Assembly: GCA_964016885.1 (NCBI GenBank)
Contig: OZ024740.1
Span: 344,658,001-344,722,000, forward strand
Length of the DNA stretch: 64,000 nt
Direction of reading: 5' to 3'
DNA from: Eledone cirrhosa
Taxonomy: Eukaryota
Every line of letters starts with the position of its first letter. Positions within the stretch are counted from its first letter, which is position 1. The notes beneath the pieces were generated by a model that had not been told where the DNA came from, did no database searches, and saw nothing but the letters and a program-made list of their open reading frames with translations. Positions 12,927 through 28,249 of the stretch are shown piece by piece. A program made the translations under genes and the position numbers.

Positions 12927-13477
12927 TATAAATATATGTATATATATATATATACAGGATATGCTACACTACTAACAACATTTACCCACAATTTCTCTAC
13001 CCCTATTGACCTGCACGGAATCATCTTGTTTATAAATATAACAAGAATTTTTTAAATAATAAACACGAAGCTAAGTGCCTTACAGTGTGCAAAAATAGTT
13101 AGCATACAGATTGTTAAAAAGAAGAAATACTATCTTACTTTCCACGATTCAAACGTCTTCAGTTTTCGAAGAAGTGAGATAACAAAGACAACTAACCAAA
13201 ACAAAGCAAAACAACAACATATAAGCATTCACTATGAAAATAAATCGTCCGCTGCGCCAGCGATTCACAGCAGCTATTTCCCCGACAAATACGACGTGAA
13301 GTTACTTTCATGTTTTATGATATCTACACTATTGACATAGCTAACGAAAACAACACGCTCTCTTACTCACGCGCACACACACGCGCAATCACATACGCAC
13401 ACACACATGCGCACAAACACACATACGCACATATACATAAAAACAGGCAACCATAAAAATAAGCATACACACATAAT

Positions 13478-13537
<60 letters not shown>

Positions 13538-13594
13538 AAAAATATATGTATATATACATACAAACACTCGAACACACACACACATTCAGGGACA

Positions 13595-13641
<47 letters not shown>

Positions 13642-13681
13642 ACATATATATATATATATATATACATATTATATATATATA

Positions 13682-13715
<34 letters not shown>

Positions 13716-13716
13716 C

Positions 13717-13758
<42 letters not shown>

Positions 13759-14765
13759 AATATTATATACGCACACACACACACACCTATATATATATAA
13801 TGCATATTCATATATGTATAGATATATACATGCACATAGACATACACAGTGTTCGTCATCCAAAATTCACTCACATTTTGAAGCTTTAGCAGAAGACGCT
13901 TACCCTAGTTGACGCGTTGTTTATAATAGTTTTTGATCTACGGAGAAAAACGAGGATAAAACATTCTTGGATGTTTAAATATATAAAACTTGTTTACATA
14001 CTTCTGCTGTTTGTGTATCGATATATATTTATAGCACATTTCAACTGCTTAGTGCACAACATGTAATTGAATTAGGATTTAGGATTAGACTATGCAAATT
14101 AGCATGTCCAGTTTGGATTTGTTCGGTACTTATAACCTCTAGGTACGTATTCATTCATGGATTGTAATATATATATATATATATATTTATATACACACAC
14201 ATCTTCAGAAAAATATCTAAAGAGAGATAGAAATTTGAGTCGAACAGTTCATTTCTTACAATTTATTTAGAAACACATACAAAAACTTACAGGTTTTACT
14301 ATATAAGTTTGTGTTTCTATGCACATTTGTCGAAGTTCTATTAAAACATCTACATTTTGTGTACAGATTTGAACTTATACTTTAGCTGTTTAGTATATCA
14401 TTTAACACATATATATAAACGATGAATTGGATACTTGAATTATATATTAACGCTAGTAATTCTGAATGCTCACTCTTCAGGGGTGAGGTTTTAATTGACC
14501 GCCAAACAACTGCACACAGACACTCGCTCGCAGACACACACATACACACAGATGCACCTGCACCCACAAGTACACACGTATACGTAAACATTAACATATA
14601 TACTCGCATACACACTGACACCGAGACGAACAAGTACACAAAAATATAACTAGTAGGGGGAGAATAATACATAAAACAAGGTTTCAGCGTAGGCGTTCTC
14701 ACGCTTACACACACATACACACACACACAAACACACACACACATACGCACACACACTCTCACACA

Positions 14766-14843
<78 letters not shown>

Positions 14844-15199
14844 TAAAAGGCAGATCCCTCGAGACTCCGAGATTATTGGAAATAGGACCCCTAAAATGTC
14901 CAATCCTTAACTTTCCCCCTACCTCAACCACTACTTCACGTATTTCCCCACTTAAACGGTACGGCAATCAAATAAGGAAGCCACCTCTGAAGAGATAGCA
15001 TTTGGAAATAGCTGAAATGCATATAAATTCCATATATGTGTATTATACAAAAGCATGGTGTATATATATATTTTCAAATTGGCGACATTTGCATTAAGGT
15101 GTGTTTTATATATATATACAGTATATGTATGGGTATATATTGGAAACAATACTAAAAATAACATTTTTGAAACCTGTAATATTTTAAAATAAGCTATGC

Positions 15200-15975
15200 T
15201 GATGATAGGGAAAGGAAAGCAATTATTAGAGAATATGAATCAGATTCACGAAAACCATGACGACAGCAAATGGAGGCAAATACAGCAGATCAAATGCGGC
15301 TTGAAGAAACTGAAGGTGAAACAACTCAAATATTATGGGAACCGAGCATCAGGAGACGAATTCCGATTTAAAATGTTGCAAAGTGGAATTTGCTGTTGTT
15401 AGTTAAAATTCACATCAAGTCTATGCCTTAGCACATATAATTAATATTTCCTCAATGGACAGGATTGGCCCAAATTGCGGTTTTGAAGCATGGACGGGTG
15501 AGTCAACTGGATTGTGCTGCTCAAATGCAAAGATCGCGTTGAAATTATTATGTGAACCACTAGAACCCTTGCGGAGACTGCTGATTATGACTCTTTCTTC
15601 AAAATAACAAGAAATAAAATAATTAGAAATAAAATTATGCAACCAACATGACATCATTTGGTGCAAATGTCATCTAAGGAAGTTTATGCCCATGTTTAAG
15701 ATCCAAAGGCAATTGTACCATAGAATAGGACCACTTCAGCCACTTTCAGAGGAAAAAAAAAATATTGACAACGGTATTTCATCAGTGATATGAAAACCAA
15801 CCACAGACAAGATATGAAAGAAATATAGAAACAAAGTATAAAATAATATTGCTACAAATAGATACGTTACGTATAAGAAACAGCTATATTAGAAATTTCA
15901 AGTATACCCTAGAAAAGGTTTTAAATGAAATTTGATATTTTATTTAACCCGTGAAACCCCGGGTTCTTCTGCTAG
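15200..15975 (+). mobile_element. Internally deleted Helitron with intact 3' terminus (5' end uncertain)
   Basis: INISSMDRIGPNCGFEAWTGESTGLCCSNAKIALKLLCEPLEPLRRLL..MTSFGANV..FMPMFKIQ.QLYHRIGPLQPL (Rep N-terminal region). Hairpin aacccg..cgggtt at 15946-15965 followed by CTAG|T at 15972-15975. Confidence 0.85.
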
Positions 15976-16097
15976 TATATATATATATATATATATATAT
16001 GCGTGTGTGTGTGTGGGGGGGGGGGGGTATATATATACACACACGCACACACACACACACACATCCATATATATATAAATAATATATATAGATATAT

Positions 16098-16397
16098 GAA
16101 CCAATAGTAAAAAGGAAAAAAATCAGTAGAGAATGCTGGAGGGATTTTTTCAGTATAATATCAAAACATTTATTTATAAAGAGGGTATTTCTGCAATTAA
16201 TAGTGGTACCGGTTTCAGCATTATATTCTTTTACAACGGTGGAAGTACAAAGTGTAGTTAATTTGCATATTTATACGAATAATAATGAAATGGGGAAGAT
16301 AAATTATTAGTTTTTACATACATATTTAGAGAGGAATGTTCATGTTTCTTTTCGAGGTTATCCTTCGTTCTCTGTTAGTCAACTAACAGGGAACGAA

Positions 16398-16402
<5 letters not shown>
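16098..16402 (-). mobile_element. Fold-back element H (terminal 21-bp hairpin at a (TA)n junction)
   Basis: tatccttcgttctctgttagt-ca-actaacagggaacgaaggata at 16359-16402. Minus-strand GAAA-ccgg-TA HHR half-site near 16205-16217. Confidence 0.55.
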
Positions 16403-16465
<63 letters not shown>

Positions 16466-16468
16466 ATA

Positions 16469-16532
<64 letters not shown>

Positions 16533-16584
16533 TGCGTGCGTGCGTGCGTGCGTGTGTGTATGTGTGTGTGTGTGTTTGTGAGAA

Positions 16585-16695
16585 GCTGCGTGGCTGAGTA
16601 GTTAGAGAATTGGACACGCAACCTTCTGATTGTGAGTTCAATACCCGGGCAATGCATTTTGTCCTTGAGCAAGACACTTTATTTCACGTTGCTCC
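16585..16695 (+). mobile_element. tRNA-headed CORE-like SINE fragment
   Basis: A box tggctgagtagtt, B box gagttcaatacc, then gtccttgagcaagacactttatttcac. Confidence 0.7.
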
Positions 16696-17129
16696 TTTTT
16701 ACTGGAGGTGCGACCGATAGAAAGTATTAGGAATTGGAAAGTCGAAGGACTGTCGATATATACGTACATATATATATAAGATCGACCGACTTTAAATCGG
16801 GCACTGTTGGCTCAACCAATATATAAGTGTATATGCACTGTTATATATAAACATAATTATCTCAACAACTTAAGCCCTTTAACAGTATGAAGATAAAGGT
16901 AATATTTTCATACTTGCTCTCTCTCTCACGGGACAGTGTCTCTGTTTGGATAGAATGACTATATATTCCAGACAATTCACTCCCATGTTGATTTAAAACC
17001 GATGGCTAAATCACTAGTTCCTAGATATAAGCAGGATTCAAACACAAATTTGTATATTAACATATCTTAGATATCGATTTAGAATTGTACTTTAAAATGA
17101 AATATTTATATATGTCTCTTTATATATTT

Positions 17130-17650
17130 CTATATCGTTTAGGGCTACCTATTTCTGTATAAGAGTAAATATGTTGTTACATTTGGGGAGGGTCATGTTG
17201 GAAGCAGAAAAATAGTAAAACACAATCACTGTTTTGTGTAGGTTAGTGATTACTACAGTATATTTTTTTTCTATATTTTTATAAATAATTAAGCTGGCGG
17301 TCAATCTTTAAGGGATATTTTGATTTTAATTTTAATATTAAGAAATCAACCTCTGTATAAATGTATACAGATGAAATACGTTGGTTTTAACAATTTCATA
17401 ATTGTATCCCAAAAAAATACATTGTTTTAGACTTTGACTTTTAAGAAATGAGATGAGATTATTTTTTACTGAAAAGACCAGATGGTCATTGGCTGAAATT
17501 TAGGCTTCATGTATATGAGAAGTCAAAATTGATATATTTAAATGTTTGTCTTAGTTGTTGATCTAAGAATGCACTTTGTTTGTATAATAGAATTTATATA
17601 TAGCATTCCATATATATTTATGCATCCTGTTGCGCCATCTGTTTTCGGTA
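17130..17650 (-). mobile_element. Degenerate PLE 3' end related to family C
   Basis: Minus strand ATGACCCTCCCCAAATGTAACAACATA (MTLPKCNNI), plus possible decayed GIY-YIG remnants at 17.33-17.64 kb. Confidence 0.45.
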
Positions 17651-17724
17651 ATACAGAAAAGTATGTAGGACTATATGAAGTAGTATACTCTTAAATATCT
17701 ATTATTGATTATCTACATATATAT

Positions 17725-17900
17725 ATAATTATTCAGACCAGTTACTATAACGGCGCCATACCAGGTACATACGTTTCGTTAGCGACGAAGAACAACTTGT
17801 CCTCATTTTCATCGGTACAAGTTGAACATATTCATCTTCAGAGGTAACGAAACGTACGTAAGTTGATGGCAACACTGTACTAACAGGCATTAATAATTAT
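17725..17900. repeat. Diverged ~175-bp fold-back
   Basis: Nested inverted blocks ataattatt, tacgtttcgtta/taacgaaacgta and caacttgt/acaagttg. Confidence 0.6.
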
Positions 17901-18545
17901 ATTCAAGATCGACCTTCGGACTTGAGATGCTCTATACCTTGAATATTTTTACAGTCTTACAGCTGATTGAACTGCAGAGCAGCCTTAAATAAATAGATGA
18001 ATGTACTGCCCTATATCTAGGAAAAAAACTTAACAACCTCTGCTGTAACCAATTCAAAGCTTTAACATATTTTAACACGCTTTCTGGAAAAAAAAAAGAC
18101 ACGGGTAAATATATAATATTGAATGTCCGAAAACATACGCAAGCTTTCCATGTTTAAATTTACCTTGCTTTGAATCATCTATCATATCTCAGCATTTGTA
18201 TTATAATATTAATCAATTTATTGTCATTTTATATTATGTATATTTCCCGAAGAGCTCCGGTTATATATAGCATATATAATGGAGTACATAATTAACTTGT
18301 AATATCCATTTCTCTCCATAAATAGAGGCGATATTCTCGCCGCATGGAAACGTCAGTAGCTATGTATAAATAAGTAATAATGATACTATCATGGGCTTTC
18401 TTAAATTTTTAATTAAAAATACTCTGCTACCAGAACAGGCCTTGTCCTTTATTTATCCAGTTTTCTTTCTGCTCCAGAAGAACAGAGTGCTATAGAATAT
18501 AAGGAAATGATCACATTTTACCAATAAAAATAGTGACGTTTTACA

Positions 18546-18781
18546 CTATATTATATTATATTATATTATATAATATTATATTATATTATATTATATTATA
18601 TTATATTATATTATATTATATTATATTATATTATGTTATATTATATTATATTATATTATATTATATTATATTATATTATATTATATTATATTATATTATA
18701 TTATATTATATTATATTATATTATATTATATTATATTATATTATATTATATTATATTATATTATATTATATTATATTATAT
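18546..18781. repeat. (TTATA)n pentanucleotide array
   Basis: About 235 bp of near-perfect repeat directly abutting a SINE. Confidence 0.97.
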
Positions 18782-18783
18782 AA

Positions 18784-18968
18784 GGGCTGTGAATTGGCAG
18801 TATCGGTAGAGGGTCGGACATGCTTTCCAGCATAGTTATGTCCCTTTACGATCTGAGTTCAAATACCGCCGAGGTTAACTTTGCCTTTCATCCTTACGAG
18901 GTCGATAAAATAAAGTACCAGTAATGTACTGTTAAGTTGCTGGCCTTGTACCAAAAGAAGAAACAATG
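18784..18968 (+). mobile_element. tRNA-derived SINE with Deu/Nin-like core (octopus OK-like)
   Basis: tggcagtatcggtag..gagttcaaata head and gcctttcatccttacgaggtcgataaaataaagtacc core. Confidence 0.9.
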
Positions 18969-18974
18969 ATATAC

Positions 18975-19007
<33 letters not shown>

Positions 19008-19361
19008 TGTGTGAATGTGTGTGTTTGTGCATATATACATACATGCATACATCCCTCTATATGGATGGTTGTGTGTATATGATATATAGTACGTACACTC
19101 AATGTTTGTCAAGTTTCACCCATCAATGGAAAAATAACTGGAGGTTATTCTCTTAAACAATCATATGTTTTACGCACGCGGCGAAACTATTACACAAAGA
19201 TACAGATACAAATAGTCATTTAAGAACATTTTAATACAAATAAAAAAAATAAGTGTTTATTTGTTTATGATAGAATCGCTTATGGTTATCTTTGCATACA
19301 AATTGGCATAAGTATGTTTAGTTTTATCATTGGGCTATACAACATTATTTCAATGCATTAT

Positions 19362-19393
<32 letters not shown>

Positions 19394-20168
19394 GGCTCGT
19401 GGCTAATAATTGAATAAAACCGTTTCTAGTATGTCGCTAAAATTACCCTGAAATCCATGATTCTCAACAGTACAAATATCACTTCATAAAAAAGATTCTT
19501 ACTTCTGGTATTTATATAAATAAAAGAAATAGTATAAACAAGAATAAGTAATATCCTTTAAGACGTAAACTATATATATATGATAGAACTGTTTACTTAG
19601 TTACCAAATGATGATTTCTATACAAAATGAATAAACATGAGACTATTTATTTTTTTTTAAGATCAGTTTCAGTGTTTCACGTAATTATATATTTAGGTTA
19701 ATTTCCTAGTTGTTAACGACCACGACCAGCATCATCTGTTATAATTGAGTACACCTTTAAGCTAAATAAAAGGAAATACAGACACAAACAAACACAAACG
19801 TGCAACACCCGAAACACACATATGTGTTAGTGTGTGTCTTAAGCTGATATTTGCACTTTCTTGTCATACGCACACACGCACACACACACTTCTATATATA
19901 TTTATACAAACACGCACACAGATATATATATATATATGTATATTCAAAAACAAACACACATATATAAAAGGAATAGAGTAACTAATGCACCGTTGGGAAT
20001 AAAATAATGCTCAACTTTGCCATAAGTTCGGAATCCACGAATGCAATACAGTAATGAAGATGGATTAAAAAGTAAACAATGTACATAGTATAATGTTCAC
20101 ATATTTATCCTTTAAGGAAACCTCATTAGAGTAAACCTTAATGTATCATAGATTGATTATCACTATGA

Positions 20169-20214
<46 letters not shown>

Positions 20215-20361
20215 GTAAATAAACATAGACTTATGAATATATAAACATACATACTCTTATATATGTAGAAATTATATCTCTGCAACCAAGATTGAGACGG
20301 CGTGTATATAAATATACATGATTATATTATATACACATTTAATCAGGCCATATATATATCA

Positions 20362-20560
20362 GGGCGGTAGATTGGGAGTATCGGTAGAGGGTCGGACGCC
20401 ATGCTTTTATGATCTGAGTTCAAATCCAGCCGAGGTTAGCTTTGCCTTTCATCCTTACGGGGTGGATAAAATGAAGCACCAGTTACGCGCTGGGGTCGAT
20501 TCAATAGACTTTCCCCTCCCCAAAAATTGCTGGCCTTGTGCCTATATAAGAAACCATTAT
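20362..20560 (+). mobile_element. tRNA-derived SINE (same family, longer tail variant)
   Basis: Same head and core as the copy at 18784. Confidence 0.9.
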
Positions 20561-23500
20561 ATAAATCATTAGACGTGTCCGTCTAATGTCAACTCTTTTA
20601 ATCCTTTTTGCATACACGCACGTATTCAATATATGTATATATATATGTATATATATGTATATATATATATATATATATATGCAAAAAGGATTATAAAGAG
20701 TTGACATTACGTAGAGGAGCAAACATCTAAATCTACCATTATCAAGCAGACAAAGACCTCAATACAGTATATTATAAGATATTTGCCGTAAAAAATATCT
20801 AAATATTTATAGGTGAATATAAAAACTAGTTGCAAAACGCCGTAAATGTTTTTTTTTCAATTCTTCTTCACGTATCTCGATTCCCCTCTCTCTTTCCTTT
20901 TCTGTTATGCTTATGTTTAATATTCTTTTGAGACTATGGCTTGGAAATGAAAAATAAAATTGAATGAAAGCAAGAAATGTGTTATGCTATTAATACAACA
21001 AAACTTCAAAATTATATAGACGTTAGCCGTTCATAAAATGGATAGAAACACAAGGGATTAAAATGTACAAATATCACTTTAAAAGAGTTGTACATCTCTG
21101 TGGTTTTGTGGGAATTGGGAAATGCTATATGTCCAATGGAAAAACTAAAACGATATGATTTTTTACCGTGGTATGCAGAAATATAGTACAGTAAATATTC
21201 AATACCATGAAACTTTATATTAAACACGTCCACAATAATGAAAATTAATGAACAGATGTGTCATTTGTATAACCTTTAGAACGGTGGCGATTTTTCATTT
21301 TGTCGAATGCCGACTAAAGTGCATTAAAATTTTAAGTATAGTCCTCCCTGATTTCGATTTTAAATCATGCCCGTGTTCATTTTATCTGTATATTCCTCTA
21401 GGGTTTATAAAGTAGAGCAAATCTATACATTTCTACTACGATCAATAATGTTGATACTTTTATTGATGTCGTAGAAAACGAAAGAGTAGAATGACAGATA
21501 ATTTGTAGTGTGTTGCAATTATATAATTCTTCTATTTGAGTATCGCGGTTAATTTGTCAAAATACATATCAGTAATACGATTGGGAACACTGCTATCAAC
21601 CGAATATTTTAGAAAAGAAAATATATTTCAATGACAACATCAAAGTGCGACTAAGGTATTTTGTTCTGGTCAAATGTTCTTGCAAGAAATAAATGAACAG
21701 GGTGTTTCATACTCCACTTGGGAATATTGGTTAGTGCAGGGCCAAGATGTAAACAAATTGGGGAAAGAAGGAATTACAAGAGTGTTGAAGTACTCGGGGG
21801 TGTCGTGAGACGAAACGAGCCTGCTTTGATGATTATGTACCGCTGCGGAAGCTGTAGAGAAAACAGAAAAGGAGATTATGGGTCCCTACTCTTGTTGCCT
21901 GTTGGAATGCGACATTATGTCATTTAGAGGGATGGTTATTTTGTAATGTCTATGATTCCCGTGTGCATTGATTCCCACATTTCATATTTGGGAACAGTAC
22001 TCTACTGTGGAGTCATCGTGGACTCTATAGTGGGTTAGTAATTTGTCTGGGCGGCGAAGAAGAATATTTTGTGGCTCTGAAGGGAATTAGGCGTATATAT
22101 GATGCAGCATTTTCTATGTTGAGGATGTGTAGTAGCTAATTGAGATCATAGGTGATGGTAAGTTTTTGAAGATTTTACTTACTTATTGTTTTCTGTTTCA
22201 CCTGATTTTGTTAATATAGCTTTCTTTCGTCTCTCTTATTTCTGATTCTATTGTTTAGGGTAAGGTAATTATTGTCCATGACCAAATGGTAAGATCATTC
22301 AGACCCGTGACCAAATGCAATTGGAAGGTGAGCACATTGCCTTTTGGTAAAGTTAAGAAATATCTCTTCTTTAAATTAATATGGTTTTATTTGAGAAACA
22401 CCCAACTGTTATTTTTAGCAAATCATTTGCTGCTTCATTCTTTATTTTAATAATCTGAAATCCATCGCTTTGTCCTTATCCTCATATTCTGCGCATTGTG
22501 TGTATAGAGGTGCAATGATATATCCCTTCAAATTATTAGCGATATCACCAAAGAGAATGTATTATAAATGGCATCTATCTTCAGACTCACTTCCCTAATA
22601 ATATACCTCTGTTCCTCATTTCAAATGAGTGTAATATCTATTTAATATAAAAGGAAAATATACAGTATATTTTTAGCCAAGAAGGTATTATTAAAGTTGC
22701 TCAATTTGTTACATAATATCATTTATCTGATAAATTCGGAATGATGAAAATCAAAATATATTCGGGAATTAGTGATTTCAAAACGAATTTTAATAAAATT
22801 AACTTGTTTTGACACAGATATATTTTAGCAAAGCATAAACAATACATTATTCACGTGTATATTATTTAGAATCGCGTGTAGAATATACCGTGTATTAATT
22901 TTAATCAATCTGTGTAGGAAAGAGAAATTTATTCGAGAGTATTTGAAACTAGAACAATAAGGAGTCAAACAGAAAAAGAGAAAATACTGAATTACTTTGT
23001 CCTGTACACTTGTGTATTTCATATACCATAAACAAATATGTGAAATCCTATTTGATGCAATTAATAGCAAATAAATTTAAAACATAAATTTACAATTCTG
23101 CTTCAAGGAAGATAAAAAAAGACAGCGAAAATGATGATTGAAAATATAGACAAAAATATCAATTCTACATAAAAATACAATGAATGTAGGCTTGGGGTAA
23201 AATTTCATAATCAAAACATCGGCAACGTTATTAAGATTCTAAATACCTTTCATTTAAAAGTATCAATTAAAAAGAAATTCACATCAGATTTATTTGTATT
23301 TAAAAAAAAGAAAACATTGTTTTCTTTTTAACTTATTTTACCATCTTCGGTTTCTTTTCAAACACTTTAGGCGGCGAATAGGCTGAGTCATAAGATTCAT
23401 GGAAATAGTGTTTTGGGGTAATGTTTCCGACCCTAAAATCCCCTGGGTTCAATTTTGGTTTTCATCCGTTCGTTTTTTAGAAATAAACTATCATTTCTGC

Positions 23501-24779
23501 AAAGGAAATTGGCAGAATTATTAAAGAATCGAAATGGTGAATCGCGCTATCTGTTCTGTTTCTGTACGTTCTAAGTTCAAAACTGCTCCATACCACCAGA
23601 ATAGGGGCTGTCCTCCAGAGATAGTACCAGTAGTGGAAAGACCAATAAAAATGCAATTCCTTTGGTGTGGTCTGCAAAAATTCGGCTTCTTTCCTTTCCT
23701 TTTGTTATAAGAAAAAAACAGCTGAATATTGGAGCATGTTCATTATTTAGCCGGTGAACTGTAAATTGCCTGTTGGATATTTATGGTAGTAATTAATTCG
23801 TTACTAGAAACATGTGATCAGGAAATCGGTTTTAAAGCGAAGCAATTTCGGCGAGATTCATTGTTTACATAGTTTGGTATGGATTCTAATATATTAGAAG
23901 TAACAATAGGAGAAATGAAATAAATGATGTGTGCATAGATGTTTCTTTACATCAAGGTTGTATATAATGATGAATATCCTGTATGTAAAGGGCTCTTCAA
24001 CATATTTAGAAATTAAGGCTTGATCTATCATTGTATAAAAAGCCATCTTAAGTGGTAAACTGAAACTGGATGCATATTATGGCATTTGAATACATTATAT
24101 ATTACAAGAATATATATTTCATTATATAAGGGCTCAAAATCCAGTGTTCGCATATACATACTTGAGTGGCTCTAAAAGTTGCAAGAGACGTAGAAGTTCA
24201 ATATACTGTGGGGAATTTGACCCTGAGATGTATACTTTCATAAATACACCTGCTCCATGACAATAAAAATCTTGCTTAATTAAAAGTCAAAAGGCAATAA
24301 CTTGTGATGCCAAAAGGAACCAAAGGAAGTTCGTGAAAAACCATTGAGGCACATTTAAATGTTCATCGTTAACTCATGTACATAGCTTCATCGCCATTTA
24401 TGTTGATATTTCTATATCATATCAAAGGTTAATTAGCTTTGTATATAAGGGTTTCATCCGTGAAGTATGTTAAAGCGAATTGTACTAGTTTAACAAAAAC
24501 AATCATGTTCACATCAATGAATCCCCAAGAAGGAACACACGAAGAAAATGAATGTGTATGTTTAGTTTTCAATATGGTTATAAGATCCTGCAATAGATTA
24601 CGTTGTCTTGCGGAAGAATTTCACTGCGAAAATACAATAAATGTTATTTCAACAGGTTTCGACTGGACGGAAATTCACTACAGAAATAAGCAGTTACTCT
24701 ACATTGTTCATAGAAATAAGGTAAACTAAATATACTTTCATAATGAGAATAAAGAAAAGAGCACGTACCACCTCCTATA

Positions 24780-24822
<43 letters not shown>

Positions 24823-24981
24823 TATATATATATATATATAGTGAGAGAGAGAGATAATGAAAGAGAATGAGATATAGAAGAAGAGGTTTTTCATGTGCAA
24901 AGAAAAGGGGATATAAAACAGTCAATATATTAGTCGATTCATGTTAAGCTACAGAGTGAATTTTAAAATGCTGTGTAAGAT

Positions 24982-25016
24982 CAACAGAAAGCCTTCCTCA
25001 GAAGGGCTTTCTGTTG
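24982..25016. repeat. Short hairpin near a (TA)n junction
   Basis: caacagaaagccttc-ctca-gaagggctttctgttg. Confidence 0.7.
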
Positions 25017-25030
25017 GCGTGGCATAACTT

Positions 25031-25101
<71 letters not shown>

Positions 25102-26545
25102 GTACCTATATAATTACATACAGCCGCACACTCACACACACATATATATGTATAGTGTGTTTGTGCGTGTAGGTAGCCTTAACAAATACCTGAAACTATT
25201 TCATCCGATGCTTTAATGTGATGGCCGAAAGTAGTTTAATTTGCCTAATCAATAAATACTCTTCACAAAATATATTCTCTGAAAGTGGTATTGTGGTTCG
25301 GTAAGTACGTCTTAGATTATACTCCGTTGTGGAGATCAAATTCGATCGAAATATGTTCGGAGATGTCAGTGTACCTACCAAATATTAGATTCTCTCAACA
25401 TGAATGTATTAATTTAATGTTTACTCAATTTAAATTTCGGAGCTCTTATTTCTTGTCAAGAAAAGTGATTAAACCTAATCATTTATATCTTTCAATACGA
25501 GTGTAATTTCAAGAGCTTAAACATTTGATGGGCAAACTCTAACAAGATTTGTCAACATATAAATAGCGATACGATGAAAACCTACCGAAGGAAATTGTAT
25601 TTCCTTGGTATATTTACATATTTTCCCTGAAACATTATAACGAAACAATGGGGATTTCTGAAATGTTGCTCGATTGTGATATTTTGTGACGTTTGCACAA
25701 AATGTAGTGTTTTGAATCTTAGATAATGTGAACATTTTATTACTAAAATTGGTATAAATTTCAAACAAAAATGTAGCCAAGACAATACACATTGTAACAG
25801 AGAACTCACCGAATGAAACTTTAAAAAAATGTATTTTCGAAGAGCCACTTTGTTGATATCGAGATTTTAAAAACAAAGAAAATGGTTGATATAGAAATTT
25901 TAAAAACAAAGAAAAAAGTATTCTAATGAAAATTAAATTAATTCTATAATTAAAAGTAGATATATCTCGTGCTGTTTACATTATAGCGTCGTAGCAACTC
26001 TTTAGAAAGAGCATGTTCTATCGATGTGCCCTCGTCCACCTCTCCCGCAGAGGTGCAAAACGTTCATAGAAAATTGCATTATATGTCTACTAGTTATACA
26101 CAAAATTTTTAGCTCTGGTTGATACAGATCTACCATATGACAAGTCAGTTAGCTTGCGTCAGAAATATATACGCCCTTGGTTTTCATTCAGTAAAATCGA
26201 TACCGCGAAAATAATCGATGGAAATATTCCACATTCGTTTAACACATCATTTATACATCTAGCTCAGTTATCTCCCTTCAGTTTACATTATTTATTTTAC
26301 TTTTAACCATTCATCTTCTGCGCCTGATTGCACATTCATCTTGAAATCTTCGGCAAGTAATATTCAGTGCATTGCACACCTCGCAATCATGTCTTTATAA
26401 TTGGCAGGATTTCACACCTTCGATACTGTTAATCTATGTATCTATACATATATATGTGCATTTCAAGATGAATGTGCAAATATATATATATGTATATATA
26501 TACACACACAAACATGTATATATATATATGTCTCTGTGGGTGTAT

Positions 26546-26587
<42 letters not shown>

Positions 26588-26606
26588 TGATTGCTTCATC
26601 TTTGTA

Positions 26607-28092
26607 GATGATTGCCGTCTCCCTATTCAACCCCATCAACTATCACCAACACCAAACATCCGTCCATGGACTCTAAGGTGGCTTTTAATTGCAGCATTAG
26701 ATTTGCACGGTCTGCACCAAATGTGACAGACAAAAGATGTGCCCTCTATTGGATTTATTGTGTCAGTTTGTGGGATGTCATTCTTATGTATGCTCATATA
26801 CCCTCATATACCTTTTAAGACCAGATATCGATTTGCAGTTCTTTTTGCACACCACACATCTTGTCTCACCTAGCATTGGAGGTATAGAATTTCATACAGT
26901 TCGCTTTATATGAGATTTTAAATGAGTGATGTACCCATATTTAGAGAGCAGTAAACGACCACACACCTCGCATATCCAGCTCCCTATGTTCTTATTAAGG
27001 TTCATAATGTGGCGTTTTCGAAGCTGACGTGTACGTTTTTTATGATCAAGATACCTGTCTTCAAACATTCGGCAGCAACCCTTCACATGTTCTCTCCATT
27101 TACCCATCTTTAAAGCGAACACCTCCCAGTTCTGAACTTTAACTTTAAATCTTTCATGCAATCTATTACTAGATTTGTGCTGATGGTGTTTCCCAGTGTG
27201 CAATTAACTGTAAAATAGTTGTTTTGGTACTTTTTTCCCCATTTATGCACACAACATGGCCTAACCAACACATTTGAGAGGATATGATGGTAGATTCAAT
27301 GTTCCTGCAACCAGCATCTATAAGGATTTGTGTGTCAGGTATTATTTTGCTATTTGATGATTAAGATTCGTCTTAAACACTTTTAATTAAAGTGTTCAAT
27401 CAAATTAAGGTTTCTACGATGTACTGTCCACGTTTCAGAATAGTATAACAGAGCACTCAGAATGCAGGCCTTGTATACACTAATCTTCGTCTTGATATTG
27501 ATGCTATGATCTGCCCACACTCTTTTTTCAAGTTTTCCGAAGGCTACAGATGCCTTCTGACTGCACAGGTGTATTTTTACATGATAAAGCTCAACCCAGG
27601 TAAACAAATGTGTCAACTACACCCAACCTAGTTCCATGATTTATTATATTTGGCTATATATATGCTTCCCATGGAGATGGAGTGAACATTATATTGGTAT
27701 TTTTTAGATTAATTTTCATGCCAAAGGCACATCAAGTGGCTTAAAAATAATCCATGATGTATTGCATGTCATATTGAGAGTGAGTCAGATGACACCATCG
27801 TCTGCATACAGGAGTTGTCTAATTAATATTTGGAACACATTGGATTTGAAATTGAACCTTCTTAGGTCAAGGATCCTTCCTGTATATCTAACTTGCAATA
27901 GAACACCCTGTGCACAGTCCTGGAATGCATGAATCAGCATCACAGCAAAACATTGAAAACAGTGTGGAAGCCGGGATATTTCCCTGCTTCACGCCATTAT
28001 CAAGTGGGATTTCATTAGGAAATTCTCCATTCAAGTCAACCGAGCCTTCATATTTCTGAGCAGGCGGACGAACATATCAAAACACTTTGGTG
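26607..28092 (-). mobile_element. 5'-truncated RTE-clade LINE (decayed)
   Basis: GVKQG, RQLLYADDG, KTKISVYKACILSALLYYSETWT and C-terminal WICEVCGRLLLSKYGYITHLKSH. Confidence 0.9.
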
Positions 28093-28110
28093 GGCACCCT
28101 ATTTTACATA

Positions 28111-28165
<55 letters not shown>

Positions 28166-28249
28166 GCAAGTAGTATCCTAGCAGAGAGAAACACCGAATA
28201 AACCTTTAGTTTACCGCACCACAATTTAACTGTCTGGACTTAATGAATC

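Noticed and set aside
14986-15025. CTGAAGA..GAAA-tgca-TA as a hammerhead
   Set aside because: No stem I complementarity.
18784-18880. tRNA gene calls for A/B-box sequences
   Set aside because: They continue into a shared SINE core and tail in many copies, some with TSDs, and no cloverleaf is evident.
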